This document shows positions 1 to 13,779 of a DNA stretch of 64,000 nt, piece after piece. The position numbers and the translations under genes are program-made. Within the stretch, counting starts at the first letter, position 1; every line of letters begins with the position of its first letter. The DNA comes from Hyphomicrobiales bacterium (lineage in GTDB: Bacteria > Pseudomonadota > Alphaproteobacteria > Rhizobiales > Xanthobacteraceae). The stretch lies in assembly GCA_019243195.1 (NCBI GenBank), contig JAFAUQ010000007.1:15-64014 (forward strand), in the 5' to 3' direction. The notes below the pieces were generated by a model, which was not told the origin of the DNA, made no database searches, and saw only the letters and a list, made by a program, of their open reading frames with translations.

Positions 1-19
1 GGAGTAGGGTTGCGCTAAC

Positions 20-2191
20 ATGCCCGATCTTCTCCTCGAACTCTTCTCCGAGGAAATCCCGGCCCGCATGCAGGCGAAAGCCGCGGACGACCTGAAGAAG
101 CTCGTCACCGATCGGCTGGTCGACGCCGGGCTCGTCTACGAGGGCGCCAAGGCCTTCGTGACGCCGCGGCGTCTCGCGCTCGCGGTCGAGGGCGTGCCGG
201 CGCGCCAGCCCGATCTCAAGGAGGAGAAGAAAGGTCCGCGCGTCGGTGCGCCCGAGCGCGCCATCGAGGGCTTTCTCAAAAGCGCCGGGCTTGCCTCGAT
301 CGACGAGGCGAAAATCCAGAAAGATCCGAAGCGCGGCGACTTCTACGTCGCGCTCATCGATCGCCCCGGCCGCGCCGCCATCGAGGTGATCGCCGAAATC
401 CTGCCCGCGGTGGTGCGCGCGTTTCCTTGGCCGAAGTCGATGCGCTGGGGCGCGGGGTCGCTCGCCTGGGTGCGCCCGCTCCATTCGATCGTCGCGACCT
501 TCGGGCCGCAGACCGAGGACCCCGACGTCGTGCCGTTCACCGTCGACGGCATCGCGTCTGGCAACACCACACGCGGGCACCGCTTCATGGCGCCGGCACC
601 GTTCGCGGTGCGCCGCTTCGAGGATTATCGCGACAAGCTCGAGAAGGCGAAGGTGGTCCTCGATCAGGCGCGCCGCGCCGAGATCATCCTCGCCGACGCG
701 AAGAACCTCGCCTTCGCGCAAGGCTATGAATTGGTCGAGGACGCGGGCCTGCTCGCCGAGGTCGCCGGGCTCGTCGAATGGCCGGTCGTGCTCATGGGCG
801 CGTTCGAGCCGGAGTTCCTCGCGCTGCCGCCTGAGGTCGTACGCACGACCATCCGCAACAATCAGAAATGCTTCGTGCTGCGCGACGCTTCGACCGCGCG
901 GCTCGCCAACAAATTCATCCTCGTCGCCAACATGGCGGCCGCCGACGGTGGCAAGGCGATCGTCGCCGGCAACGAGCGGGTGATCCGCGCGCGGCTTTCC
1001 GACGCCAAGTTCTTCTGGGATGGCGATCTTAAAGTTCCACTGGAAGACCGGCTGCCGAAGCTCAAGCAGATCGTGTTCCACGAAAAGCTCGGCACGCAAT
1101 ATGAACGGGCGGAGCGTATTGCGCGTCTGGCGCGCGAGCTTGCGCCCACGGTCAACGCCGATCCCGCCAAGGCGGAGCGTGCTGCGTGGCTCGCCAAGAT
1201 CGACCTCGTCAGCGAGATGGTTGGCGAGTTTCCCGAATTGCAAGGCCTCATGGGCCGCTACTACGCCGAGGCACAGGGCGAGGACGAAGCGGTCGCCCAC
1301 GCCATCGCGGATCATTACAAGCCGCAGGGGCCGAACGATCTCGTGCCGGCCGATCCGGTCTCGGTCGCGCTGGCTCTGGCGGACAAGCTCGACACCCTGG
1401 TTGGGTTCTGGGCGATCGATGAGAAGCCGACCGGGTCAAAAGACCCCTATGCGCTCAGGCGCGCGGCCCTCGGTGTGATCCGCCTCATATTAGAAAATGG
1501 GCTGCGCCTCGGCATCGTTACTCTGTCGGAGCATCACGCGGTCGCTATTGATCAGACATCCGCGCGATTGAAGCGCGACCGAGATCAGAAGTTGGGTGGC
1601 GTCATTTCCGAATCGACAGGTCTCGTATCAGTTTCAGTGTCTGGAAGACTAGTTCGTAGGAGTAGTGTTGAACTGATTGCTTTCTTTGCCGATCGCTTGA
1701 AGGTTCAACTGCGTGAACAGGGCGCACGCCACGATTTGGTCGATGCCGTCTTTGCCCTCGAAGGGCAGGATGACCTCTTGCTGATCGTGCGGCGGGTGGA
1801 GGCGCTGGCGAAATTTCTCGACAGCGACGACGGCAAGAACCTGCTCGCCGGCTACAAGCGCGCGGTCAATATCATTCGCATCGAGGAGAAGAAGGATGAC
1901 GCGAGCTACACCGGCGCGCCCGATCCGCAGCGTTATGCCCAAGCGGAGGAGCGCGCCCTTGCTCAAGGCATCGATGCCGCCAAACAGGAAGCGAGCGCCG
2001 CGACCGCCCGCGAGGATTTCGCCGGCGCCATGGGGGCGATCGCGAAGCTACGCCCGGCGGTCGATGCGTTCTTCGACAAAGTCACGGTCAATGTCGATGA
2101 ACCTGCCGTGCGTGCCAACCGCCTCAAGCTCCTCAATCAAATCCGGGAAGCAACGCTGGCCGTCGCGGATTTCTCCAAAATCGAAGGGTGA
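20..2191 (+). CDS. glyS: glycine--tRNA ligase beta subunit
   Basis: 723-aa ORF; N-terminus [18 protein letters not shown] and length are typical of bacterial GlyS (alpha2beta2-type GlyRS). Confidence 0.93.
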   Translation: MPDLLLELFSEEIPARMQAKAADDLKKLVTDRLVDAGLVYEGAKAFVTPRRLALAVEGVPARQPDLKEEKKGPRVGAPERAIEGFLKSAGLASIDEAKIQKDPKRGDFYVALIDRPGRAAIEVIAEILPAVVRAFPWPKSMRWGAGSLAWVRPLHSIVATFGPQTEDPDVVPFTVDGIASGNTTRGHRFMAPAPFAVRRFEDYRDKLEKAKVVLDQARRAEIILADAKNLAFAQGYELVEDAGLLAEVAGLVEWPVVLMGAFEPEFLALPPEVVRTTIRNNQKCFVLRDASTARLANKFILVANMAAADGGKAIVAGNERVIRARLSDAKFFWDGDLKVPLEDRLPKLKQIVFHEKLGTQYERAERIARLARELAPTVNADPAKAERAAWLAKIDLVSEMVGEFPELQGLMGRYYAEAQGEDEAVAHAIADHYKPQGPNDLVPADPVSVALALADKLDTLVGFWAIDEKPTGSKDPYALRRAALGVIRLILENGLRLGIVTLSEHHAVAIDQTSARLKRDRDQKLGGVISESTGLVSVSVSGRLVRRSSVELIAFFADRLKVQLREQGARHDLVDAVFALEGQDDLLLIVRRVEALAKFLDSDDGKNLLAGYKRAVNIIRIEEKKDDASYTGAPDPQRYAQAEERALAQGIDAAKQEASAATAREDFAGAMGAIAKLRPAVDAFFDKVTVNVDEPAVRANRLKLLNQIREATLAVADFSKIEG

Positions 2192-2197
2192 ACCATC

Positions 2198-2983
2198 TTG
2201 CCAGTTCACTCGACCAAATTATTGAGGGTACTCGCCATGTTGCTCGCCCCTGCCATTGCCGCCATCTGCGCCGCGCTGATGCTGTTCGCGGCCGCGCCGC
2301 TGCGCGCCGAACCGGCCACGGGCGCCAGGCAGAGCGAGTTCGAGCGCATGCTCAAGGATTATCTCGCCGCGCATCCCGAGGCGATCCAGGAGGCGCTCGA
2401 CACGCTCGCCGCCCGCAAGGCGGCCGCCAAAGCCGAGCAGCAGAAGGCAACGATCAAGGCAAACCAGGGCGAGCTGTTCTCCTCGCCGCGCCAGGTGACG
2501 CTCGGCGATCGCGCCGGCGACGTCACCCTGGTCGAGTTCTTCGATTACAATTGCGGTTACTGCAAGCGCGCGCTCGCCGACTTGCTCGAGCTGATGAACA
2601 GCGACCCCAAGCTCAAGGTCGTGCTCAAGGAATATCCCATTCTCGGCCCGGACTCGGTCGAAGCGGCCCGCGTCGCCGTCGCCGTGCGCATGCAGGATGC
2701 CGGTGCGCGCTATCTCGCCTTCCACCGCAAGCTGCTGGAGAACCGCGGCCATAACGACAAGGCGCGCGCGCTCGCGGCGGCCGAGGAGGCCGGCTTCGAC
2801 ATGACACGGCTCGAACGCGACATGGCGAGCGAGGAGGTCACGCAGTCCCTCGACGAATCCATCCGCCTCGGCAAGGAGCTCGCGATCAACGGCACGCCGG
2901 GCTACGTGGTCGGCGAGCGCGTGGTGATCGGCGCGCGGGGCGAGCAGGTGCTCAGGGAGAGCGTCGCTGCGGCACGGAAGTGA
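2198..2983 (+). CDS. DsbA-family periplasmic thiol:disulfide oxidoreductase
   Basis: Hydrophobic signal-like N-terminus; thioredoxin-fold CXXC motif in FFDYNCGYCKRA; start could be the internal Met (MLLAPAIAA). Confidence 0.85.
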   Translation: MPVHSTKLLRVLAMLLAPAIAAICAALMLFAAAPLRAEPATGARQSEFERMLKDYLAAHPEAIQEALDTLAARKAAAKAEQQKATIKANQGELFSSPRQVTLGDRAGDVTLVEFFDYNCGYCKRALADLLELMNSDPKLKVVLKEYPILGPDSVEAARVAVAVRMQDAGARYLAFHRKLLENRGHNDKARALAAAEEAGFDMTRLERDMASEEVTQSLDESIRLGKELAINGTPGYVVGERVVIGARGEQVLRESVAAARK

Positions 2984-2987
2984 TCTT

Positions 2988-3076
2988 TGTAGCCCGGATG
3001 AGCCGCGCAGCGGCGAAATCCGGGGACCGTCGCGCCGCATTTCCGCCCGCCATCGCGGGCGTCCTGCGGGCTACGG
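2988..3076. repeat. REP-like palindromic element, family A ('tgtagcccggatgagc...gctacgg')
   Basis: Shares termini and core with copies at 6851-6937 and 45788-45852; lies in an intergenic gap and overlaps the stop codon of the neighbouring gene. Confidence 0.55.
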
Positions 3077-3904
3077 CCTCACCGCGCTAGCCAATATCGC
3101 CGCGATCGGAATGTGCAGCTCATCGCCGTGACGGAAGCGCTCGGCTTGCGCCGCCATATGCGCTGCGATCGCCGGCAGCGCGTCCGCATCCTGCGCCTCG
3201 ATCAGTGCGGCGGTGCGGGCGGTACCGTTGCGGAACGCGGCGAGAAGGTCGTGCACGCTCTTCATCCGCCACGCGCGTTCCACCAGCCGCGCGTCGGCGT
3301 CGCGAAAGCCGGCTTCGGCGAGTGCCGCCGCGCAGTTTTCCTCGCTGTTGATGCTTCCACTCGGCGGCGGTGTCTTCGCGGCGTCGAGTGCGCCGTGCGC
3401 CCGGATCGCATCAAACAAAAGCCGCCAGGGGACGTTAGTGTCGGGGCGCGGCCAGACCGTGAAGGCGGCGCGGCCGCCCGGCGCGAGCAGCCGGTGCATT
3501 TCGGCGAGCGCCGCGGCGGGGTGCGGCACGTGATGCACGCCGAAATTCGCAACCACCGCATCGAATGAATCCTCGGCATAGGGCAGCGCTTCCGCGTCCC
3601 CTTGGGAAAATTCGACGCGCGGCAGCGCGGCGCGGGCAATCGCCAGCATGGCGGAGGAGAAATCGACGCCGCTCGCGCGTGCGCCGCGCGCGGCGGCGGC
3701 GCCGGCCACGAGCCCCGGCCCGCAACACACGTCGAGCACGCGCGTATCCGCGTTGACGCGCGCTGCATCGAGCAGCGGGTCGATAAATCCGCGCGTTGCC
3801 GCCGCGAACGTATCGCCGTAGTCGGCGGCGACGCGCTGCCAGCTCGCAAGTTCGAACGCGCGGATGCCGTGCGGGTCCGATTCCATCGCACTCAGTCGTA
3901 GCAT
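3071..3904 (-). CDS. class I SAM-dependent methyltransferase
   Basis: Motif I VLDVCCGPGLVAG and downstream FDAVVANFGVHHV; start placed at an internal Met (MLRLSAMESD); the longest ORF reaches 3970. Confidence 0.8.
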   Translation of the reverse strand: MLRLSAMESDPHGIRAFELASWQRVAADYGDTFAAATRGFIDPLLDAARVNADTRVLDVCCGPGLVAGAAAARGARASGVDFSSAMLAIARAALPRVEFSQGDAEALPYAEDSFDAVVANFGVHHVPHPAAALAEMHRLLAPGGRAAFTVWPRPDTNVPWRLLFDAIRAHGALDAAKTPPPSGSINSEENCAAALAEAGFRDADARLVERAWRMKSVHDLLAAFRNGTARTAALIEAQDADALPAIAAHMAAQAERFRHGDELHIPIAAILASAVRP

Positions 3905-4017
3905 GGTGCGTCGGAATGTCTGGAACTTGGCGCTTTGCCCGGGAGTTAAGCGCCCGTGTTTACGCGCCATCTCGGTTGCGCGTGCAAGATCGATTTGGCA
4001 GATAGGGGCCGCTTTTC

Positions 4018-6849
<2,832 letters not shown>

Positions 6850-6850
6850 C

Positions 6851-6937
6851 CTTGTAGCCCGCATGAGCCGCGCGCAGCGCGGCGACATGCGGGAGCGGGT
6901 CCCGGATTTCGCGCTGGCGCGCTCATCCAGGCTACGG
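6851..6937. repeat. REP-like palindromic element, family A (full copy)
   Basis: cttgtagcccgcatgagccgcgcgcagcgcggcgacatgcggg...gcgctcatccaggctacgg; inverted termini; immediately after the ppdK stop. Confidence 0.6.
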
Positions 6938-7022
6938 CTTTCCCCCATTAACGCCATGGCAACGTTAATCCGGCAGAAAGGACTGCAGGGCCGATGAGTG
7001 CGTTAATTCGGACGGGCGTCCA

Positions 7023-8432
7023 ATGGTTCTGTGGCGTAGCGAGTGGGGCCCGGTCGCGGCGTCGTTCGCGCTTGGCGCGCTCCTCTATGCATTCACCCCG
7101 ACGACCGCGAGCTACGACGACATCGGCGCGCTGATCGCGCGCCAGCCGCAGGTCGCCGCTCACTGGCACCAGCATCTGCTCACCTCGCCGATCGAGACGG
7201 TACGGGCGGGAATTTTCGTGCTGCCGCAGCCGATCGGCACGGCGCGGCCCGGCCCGGCCGGGCTGACACTTGCGAGCTTCGAGCGCGACGATCCCGACAT
7301 CACCGGCGCCATCCGCGCGAACCTCACGCGCGCCGCGCCGGTCGACCCGGAGCCGCTGGTTTATCCCACGGTCAACCGCGCCGGCAAAGGCGATCGGCTC
7401 TCGCCGCAGCGGGCGCCGCAGCCGACCACCACAACCCCGGCCGCGGAGGCCTCCGCCGCCGAGGATGCGCCGCGCAACTTGCAACAGGACATTCTCGACG
7501 CGATCGCGCGCGAGCGCCGACCCAAAGTCGCGGCGCCGGCGATCGACGAGATCGAGGCGGCGATGCGCTTCGTGCCGTTTCCGGAATACGACATATCGCT
7601 GTCGCTCGAACTCCATCCGCAAATCCCGCGCGACGAGCCGCCGGACGAATCCGCGACCGACCAACCGGACCTCTCGATTCTCGACGAAGCGGCCGATCCC
7701 GACCCGACCGAGCGCACCGCCCGCCTTTTCTTCGACCGCGCGCCGATCGGCGCGCTGCCGCCGCGGCTCGAGCACTGGTCGCCGGGACAGGAGCCGGTGC
7801 TGATCGTGCCGCAGGTCCCGGCCGATCTCGACATCAAACGCTCGGCGCGCGGCGGCGAGAGTAGGAGCGGGGAGGGCATCACCGTCGCCGGCAAGGGCGA
7901 AGTCACCGGCGATGGCCGGCGGCCGAAGAGTCCGGCCGAGCGGCTCGGCCTCGCCGGCAAGGCACGCGCCAAGGCCGAGCAGTGCCTCGCGAACGCTGTC
8001 TACTTCGAGGCGCGCGGCGAGCCGGTGCGCGGCCAGATCGCCGTCGCCCAGGTGGTGATGAACCGCGTGTTCTCCGGCTATTATCCCAACGATGTCTGCG
8101 GCGTCGTTTATCAGAACGCGCACCGCCATCTCGCCTGTCAGTTCACCTTCGCGTGCGACGGGATTCCCGACCGCATCACCGAGGCCGACGCGTTCGCGCG
8201 CGCCAAGCGCATTTCCGCCGCGACCCTCGATGGCGCCGTGTGGTTGCCGGAAATCGGCAAGGCCACGCATTATCACGCCTATTGGGTGCACCCGTGGTGG
8301 GTGCGCACCATGCGCAAGCTTTCCCGCATCGGCGTGCACACGTTCTACCGGCCGCGGCGGTGGGGCGACGGCGCCGACGCGCCGAGCTGGGGCAACGCGC
8401 AGGCGACCGCCGAAGCAGCGGCTAAGATGTAA
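7023..8432 (+). CDS. cell wall hydrolase, SleB-domain protein
   Basis: C-terminal [10 protein letters not shown]...AQVVMNRV...[27 protein letters not shown] is the SleB/hydrolase_2 signature; N-terminal TM segment and Pro-rich linker. Confidence 0.85.
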   Translation: MVLWRSEWGPVAASFALGALLYAFTPTTASYDDIGALIARQPQVAAHWHQHLLTSPIETVRAGIFVLPQPIGTARPGPAGLTLASFERDDPDITGAIRANLTRAAPVDPEPLVYPTVNRAGKGDRLSPQRAPQPTTTTPAAEASAAEDAPRNLQQDILDAIARERRPKVAAPAIDEIEAAMRFVPFPEYDISLSLELHPQIPRDEPPDESATDQPDLSILDEAADPDPTERTARLFFDRAPIGALPPRLEHWSPGQEPVLIVPQVPADLDIKRSARGGESRSGEGITVAGKGEVTGDGRRPKSPAERLGLAGKARAKAEQCLANAVYFEARGEPVRGQIAVAQVVMNRVFSGYYPNDVCGVVYQNAHRHLACQFTFACDGIPDRITEADAFARAKRISAATLDGAVWLPEIGKATHYHAYWVHPWWVRTMRKLSRIGVHTFYRPRRWGDGADAPSWGNAQATAEAAAKM

Positions 8433-8453
8433 GTGTTTGGAATCGGGTCTCTG

Positions 8454-8558
8454 ACTCGTCATGCCCGCGAAAGCGGGCATCCAGTAAACACGGCTGCTGC
8501 AGCTTTAAATTTATAGGTCACCATTTACTGGATCGTCCGCTTTCGCGGACGATGACGA
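8454..8558. repeat. composite inverted repeat (two 'ctcgtcat..cgcgaaagcg..atccagtaaa' arms)
   Basis: Arms at 8454-8487 and 8521-8558 are reverse complements (about 80% identical). Each holds its own small hairpin and they are separated by an AT-rich spacer. Sits between convergent genes. Confidence 0.6.
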
Positions 8559-8569
8559 GATCGTGGAAA

Positions 8570-9487
8570 CTACATCTCAATATCGATCGCGACGTCGAGA
8601 TTGGGGGCGGAGTGGGTGAGTGCGCCGGAGGAAATGTAATCGACCCCGGTTTCGGCGATCGCCGCGACGCTCGCGCGGGTGATGCCGCCCGAGGCTTCGG
8701 TGACGAGGCGCCCGGCGACCATCGCGACCGCGCGGCGCATGGTCGCAACATCCATGTTGTCGAGCAGCACCGCGTCGGCGTCGCCCGCGGCGAGCACTTC
8801 CTCGAGCTGCGCCAGTGTGTCGACCTCGATCTCGACCTTGACCAGATGACCGGCGACGGTTTTCGCGCGCTCAAGCACCGGGGCGATGCCGCCGGCGACC
8901 GCGATGTGGTTGTCCTTGATCAGAATCGCGTCGTCGAGGCCAAAGCGATGATTGAAGCCGCCGCCGCAGCGGATCGCGTATTTCTCCAGCGCGCGCAGGC
9001 CCGGAGTGGTTTTGCGCGTGCAGCAAATGCGCGCTTTGGTATGGGCGACCGCCCGGACCAGTACCGCCGTCGCCGTGGCGATGCCCGAGAGATGGCCGAG
9101 GAAATTGAGCGCGACCCGTTCGGCCGCGAGGATCGCGCGCGCCGGCCCGGCAATGCGCAGGAGCGGCGTGCCGGCGTCGACCGCGGCGCCGTCGCCGGCC
9201 TCGGCAATGATCTCAACCTCGCGCGCGAGCCGCCGCACCGTTGCGGCGACGAGCGGCAGGCCGGCGATGGTGCCGGCGGCGCGGGCGACGACGACCGCGC
9301 GCGCTGTCGCATCGGCCGGAACGGTCGCGACCGACGTTATGTCGCCGGCGCGGCCGAGATCTTCGGCCAGCGCTCGCTCGACCGCCGCGTCGATCTCGAG
9401 CGGCGAGAGGAAGGCGTCGGGGGCGAGCCTTACCTCCCCGTCCAGGGGAGGGCGGGCGCGCTCCTGAGAGGGCGTGCGCTTCAGCAT
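8570..9487 (-). CDS. nadC: nicotinate-nucleotide diphosphorylase (carboxylating)
   Basis: QPRTase-like sequence (TRKTTPGLR...KDNHI...EVEVDTL). Start set at MLKRTPSQ, whose ATG overlaps the nadA stop; the 406-aa ORF-track version is an upstream over-extension. Confidence 0.9.
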   Translation of the reverse strand: MLKRTPSQERARPPLDGEVRLAPDAFLSPLEIDAAVERALAEDLGRAGDITSVATVPADATARAVVVARAAGTIAGLPLVAATVRRLAREVEIIAEAGDGAAVDAGTPLLRIAGPARAILAAERVALNFLGHLSGIATATAVLVRAVAHTKARICCTRKTTPGLRALEKYAIRCGGGFNHRFGLDDAILIKDNHIAVAGGIAPVLERAKTVAGHLVKVEIEVDTLAQLEEVLAAGDADAVLLDNMDVATMRRAVAMVAGRLVTEASGGITRASVAAIAETGVDYISSGALTHSAPNLDVAIDIEM

Positions 9488-10614
9488 TTCAAATGCACCA
9501 TGCGCTCGACCGCGCGGCGCGCGTTGGCGGCGACCACCGGATCGACCGTGACCTCTTCTTTCAGATAAACCAGGCTGTCGAGGATCTTCGGCAGCGTGAT
9601 CCGCTTCATGTGCGGACAAAGATTGCACGGCTTGACGAACTCGACCTCGGGCAACTCCGCCTGCACGTTTTCGGCCATCGAGCATTCCGTGACCATGACG
9701 ACGCGCTTGGGCTTCTGCGCGCGCACCCAGTCGATCATCTTGGCGGTCGAGCCGGTGAAGTCCGCCTCGGCCAGCACGTCGGGCGGGCATTCCGGATGGG
9801 CGATGATCATCAGGCCGGGATCGCTCTCGCGGTAGCCGCGCAATTCGTCGCCGGTGAACCGCTCGTGCACCTCGCAGTGCCCCTTCCAGGCGATGATTTT
9901 CACGTCGGTCTGCGAGGCGACATATTTGGCGAGATATTCATCGGGCAGAAAGATCACCCGCTCTGCGCCCAAGCTCTCCACCACTTCGACCGCGTTCGAC
10001 GAGGTGCAGCAGATGTCGCTTTCGGCCTTCACCTCGGCCGAGGTGTTGACGTAGGTGATGACCGGCATGCCGGGAAAGCGCGCGCGCAACAGCCGCACGT
10101 CGTCCGCCGTGATCGCCTCGGCGAGGGAGCAGCCCGCCTTCACGTCGGGGATCAGCACCACCTTGTCGGGATTAAGAATCTTCGCGGTCTCGGCCATGAA
10201 GTGAACGCCGCATTGCACGATCACATCGGCATCCGCCTTGGTGGCCTCGCGGGCGAGCTGGAGCGAGTCGCCGACCACGTCGGCGACGCAATTGTAGATT
10301 TCCGGCGTCTGATAATTATGCGCCAGGATGACGGCGTTGCGCTCGCGCTTAAGTTCGTTGATCGCCTTCACGTAGGGCGCGAAGAACGGCCACTCGACCG
10401 CGGGCACCACGGCCTTGATGCGCTCGTAGAGGTGCGCCGTCTCGCGCGCGACGCTCTCGTTCCATTCGAGCGAGGGCATCGGCAGCACGCCGAGCCGGCG
10501 CGCCGCGGCGGAACGGCCGGATGCGGGAACGGGCGGGAGGCTGCGGTGGGGCGACGGCCCCAGGGCTTCGAGGATGGGCATCGGCACCTCCTCCAATATG
10601 CTCACTTTGAGCAT
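9481..10614 (-). CDS. nadA: quinolinate synthase
   Basis: [22 protein letters not shown] and PECP motifs of NadA; the true start may be an internal Met. Confidence 0.9.
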   Translation of the reverse strand: MLKVSILEEVPMPILEALGPSPHRSLPPVPASGRSAAARRLGVLPMPSLEWNESVARETAHLYERIKAVVPAVEWPFFAPYVKAINELKRERNAVILAHNYQTPEIYNCVADVVGDSLQLAREATKADADVIVQCGVHFMAETAKILNPDKVVLIPDVKAGCSLAEAITADDVRLLRARFPGMPVITYVNTSAEVKAESDICCTSSNAVEVVESLGAERVIFLPDEYLAKYVASQTDVKIIAWKGHCEVHERFTGDELRGYRESDPGLMIIAHPECPPDVLAEADFTGSTAKMIDWVRAQKPKRVVMVTECSMAENVQAELPEVEFVKPCNLCPHMKRITLPKILDSLVYLKEEVTVDPVVAANARRAVERMVHLKC

Positions 10615-10864
10615 ATCTCGGTACTAAAAGAACCGGCCAGAGCCGGCAGCAGTTATCCTCATTTCGAGCAAATCACATATAACACGTCTCAAGCAGCGAC
10701 GCTACCCCTGTCGAGCATGGCTTCGGCGAGCGCCATGCAGGTTGGGCCCCGTGTCCGATCGATGCGCGGCACTCATCGCAAGCATCAGTACTTTTCGTTT
10801 TCGCTCGCCGGCAAGCCTGCATATGTCAGTGAGCCTGACCCATCGTCACAGGAAAGTATCGGCC

Positions 10865-12106
10865 ATGCTTATGCCTCCGGCCCCGACGCAACGCACGACT
10901 TGGCGCACGCCCGCGGTCATCGTCGTGTGCGGCTGCCTCATCGGCATGATGACCTTCGGCCCACGCTCGACGCTCGGCTTCTTTCTCACGCCGCTCTCGC
11001 AAGCCCACGGTTGGGGCCGCGATGTGTTCGCGTTGGCGATTGCCGTGCAGAACCTGCTGTGGGGAGTAGGCCAGCCGTTTGCAGGTGCGCTTGCCGACCG
11101 TTACGGCGCCAACCGGGTGCTCAGCGTCGGCGCGCTGCTCTATGCGGCCGGGCTCGTCATGATGGCGTATGCGACCAATGCCGCCGTGCTCGAGCTTTCC
11201 GCCGGGTTTCTCATCGGCTTCGGCCTCTCGGGCTGCGCCTTCACCATCGTGCTCGGCGCGTTCGGCAAGCTCTTGCCGGAGAATTGGCGCTCGCTCGCTT
11301 TCGGTGCCGGCACCGCGGCCGGTTCGTTCGGGCAGTTCTTATACTCGCCTGTCGCGGTGATGCTCATGGGGGTCGTGGGCTGGCAGGAGACGCTCGTGAT
11401 TTTCGGGGCGAGCCTGCTCGTCGTGCTGCCGCTCTCGCTGGCGCTCGCCACCGAACGCGGCGCGGCGCCCGCGCCGACCGCCGGCCCACCCACGCAGTCG
11501 CTGCGCCAGGCGCTTGCCGAGGCCTTCGGGCACCGCAGCTACGTGCTCCTCGTCCTCGGCTTCTTCACCTGCGGGTTCCAGCTGGCCTTCATCACCGTGC
11601 ACCTGCCGTCCTACCTGATCGACCGCGGGCTCTCGAACCAGGTCGGCGGCTGGACACTCGCCATCATCGGCATTTTCAACATCATTGGCTCGCTCGCAGC
11701 CGGTTGGCTCGGCAACCGCATGCCCAAGCGCTACATCCTCTCGGCCATCTATTTCTTCCGCGCGCTCGCCGTCGTCGCTTTCATCAGCGTGCCGGCGTCG
11801 CCGATCGCGACTTATCTGTTCGGCGCAGTGACCGGGCTTTTGTGGCTTTCCACCGTGCCGCCGACCTCCGCCTTGGTTGCGCTGATGTTCGGTACCCGCT
11901 GGATGACGACGCTGTTCGGCTTTGCCTTCTTCAGCCACCAAGTCGGAGGCTTCCTCGGCGTATGGCTCGGCGGGATCGCCTTCGATCGCACCGGCTCCTA
12001 CAATTCCGTGTGGTGGCTTTCGGTGCTGTTCGGGCTGCTCTCGGCGGTGATCAACCTGCCGATCGTGGAGAAGCCAGTCGCGCGTCAGGCCGCTGTCGCG
12101 GTGTAG
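10865..12106 (+). CDS. MFS transporter
   Basis: About 12 predicted TM segments and the typical MFS loop GALADRYGANRV; start set at MLMPPAP. Confidence 0.85.
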   Translation: MLMPPAPTQRTTWRTPAVIVVCGCLIGMMTFGPRSTLGFFLTPLSQAHGWGRDVFALAIAVQNLLWGVGQPFAGALADRYGANRVLSVGALLYAAGLVMMAYATNAAVLELSAGFLIGFGLSGCAFTIVLGAFGKLLPENWRSLAFGAGTAAGSFGQFLYSPVAVMLMGVVGWQETLVIFGASLLVVLPLSLALATERGAAPAPTAGPPTQSLRQALAEAFGHRSYVLLVLGFFTCGFQLAFITVHLPSYLIDRGLSNQVGGWTLAIIGIFNIIGSLAAGWLGNRMPKRYILSAIYFFRALAVVAFISVPASPIATYLFGAVTGLLWLSTVPPTSALVALMFGTRWMTTLFGFAFFSHQVGGFLGVWLGGIAFDRTGSYNSVWWLSVLFGLLSAVINLPIVEKPVARQAAVAV

Positions 12107-12748
12107 GGACGCTTTGTCGAGATCGGCCCGTGGACCGAATTCCACCGAGGTAGCTGCGGCCGTTCGTGGACGACAGGCGCGCCGAACCCGCCGCGCTTGC
12201 CGAGCGCAGTTCTGAACAGCTCTTTCCAATCCACCTGGGATGAGGCTCTTGCTGGTATGGGCGCAGGCTGCCATACTCACTAAACTTGTATTATCTTTCG
12301 CCAATAAGCCATGGGCTGCGAAATTCCAGAAAACGGCACGCCCAAGCAAAAGAGTAGTAGCGTGAACAATTTCCGCAAGCCGCTTGAGCGCAGCCTAAAG
12401 GTAGTCGATAGGAAAACGCGTGATCGCGACGAACTCCGCGCAATTTTACTGATGCTCGACACCCTCGGCATCGTTAGTGAGCCGATTCCTTGGCTCGGGC
12501 AACTGCGCGTTTTGCTGGGCCGGAGACGCAAGATATTGAGTGTGCGCCGCAGCAAGTTTGATGAAAGTACGCGCCTTTATAGTTCGCTGATCCCAAGCGA
12601 GAAGGATGACGGGTTCCGCGCCGCCCCAATGAATCACCGTAACCCACTGCCTCGAGGCCGCAGGTCGAGGATCCTGATGGTGCTCGCACGTCGACCCCGA
12701 GCCAGGGCGGCCTCGACGGCTCAATACCGTCTTGCGCGAGTGGAGGCG

Positions 12749-13741
12749 ATGACGACAGTAGTCAACTGGACGGCGATGACCAAAGATGTGGCAGTCTGCC
12801 TATGCGGGTTACCCGATCCCGAGTTATCAACTCCAAACAACTTGCGGTTCGGCGCAAACGGATCGCTCAGTGTGAAGGTAAATTGCGCCGGGTTCTATGA
12901 TCGCGAAAACAACGTCGGTGGCAGCTTGGTCGACCTCGTCAAGCTGAAGCTGGGCGCCGACGATGCCGAAGCCATCGCATGGCTTGAACGCAAAGGATTC
13001 GTCGACGGCCAAGAACGCCCTAAGCCGCGTATCGTCAAAGCGTACGACTATCGTGACGAGCGCGGCGTCCTGCTCTACCAGGTATGCCGCCTCGAACCAA
13101 AGGCGTTCCTCGAGCGCCGACCGGATGCGCGCGGCGGCTTCGTCTCGAATATCAAGAACGTCCGGCGAGTCCTGTATCGTTTGCCTGAACTCGTTCAGGC
13201 CATTGCCGAGGACCGGACAATTTTTGTCGTCGAAGGTGAAAAGGACTGCGACACGCTTTCATCTCTCGGCCTGGCGGCGACATGTAACCTCGGAGGCGCT
13301 AATAAATGGCGCGCCAAGGACTCGGCAGCGCTACGCGGCGCTCGCGTAGTGCTGCTTCCGGACAACGATGAGGCTGGTCGTGAACACGTCGGGTCGGTGG
13401 GGCGAGCGCTCCAAGGAATTGCTGCCACCGTTCGCGTGCTCGATCGGCTTCCCATGCCGGAGCGCGGCGACATAACTGATTGGATCGCGGCGGGCGGTAC
13501 TGCGGATGCGCTTGCAAAGCTGGCTGAGCACGCAAGGGTCTGGACGCCTTCGAGTGCTGCGCGTGTCAGGCGAAAAGTGTCACGCTTGAAATGCACGACC
13601 TTCAACCCCACTGGTTCCGTAGCGGCGAAAAACCACCTTTCAAAAGAACTGGGCACGCGCGATGGCTTCGTCTTGGTCTGGGGTCCGCCAAAGCGTGCCC
13701 GAGGTTTTGTGACATTCGATGTCGTGGTGCATGCAGCCTGA
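12749..13741 (+). CDS. Toprim-domain primase-like protein (phage/plasmid type), probably a truncated remnant
   Basis: Toprim motifs IFVVEGEKDCD and LLPDNDEAGREH. The C-terminus ends shortly after Toprim with no helicase/NTPase domain. Lower-GC region; start uncertain. Confidence 0.6.
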   Translation: MTTVVNWTAMTKDVAVCLCGLPDPELSTPNNLRFGANGSLSVKVNCAGFYDRENNVGGSLVDLVKLKLGADDAEAIAWLERKGFVDGQERPKPRIVKAYDYRDERGVLLYQVCRLEPKAFLERRPDARGGFVSNIKNVRRVLYRLPELVQAIAEDRTIFVVEGEKDCDTLSSLGLAATCNLGGANKWRAKDSAALRGARVVLLPDNDEAGREHVGSVGRALQGIAATVRVLDRLPMPERGDITDWIAAGGTADALAKLAEHARVWTPSSAARVRRKVSRLKCTTFNPTGSVAAKNHLSKELGTRDGFVLVWGPPKRARGFVTFDVVVHAA

Positions 13742-13779
13742 GATCGGCCATTCGGCTGTCCAACTCGAAGGAGGATCAC

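Noticed and set aside
9241-12153. 970-aa plus-strand ORF spanning nadA (antisense) and the MFS gene (alternative frame)
   Set aside because: Composite shadow frame with an Arg/Pro/Gly-rich translation. It conflicts with well-supported nadA and MFS genes.
12311-12748. N-terminal 146 codons of the 476-aa ORF containing the Toprim domain
   Set aside because: The translation looks non-protein-like and AT-rich, with no similarity to primase N-termini. I treat the gene as starting near 12749 or as a decayed remnant.
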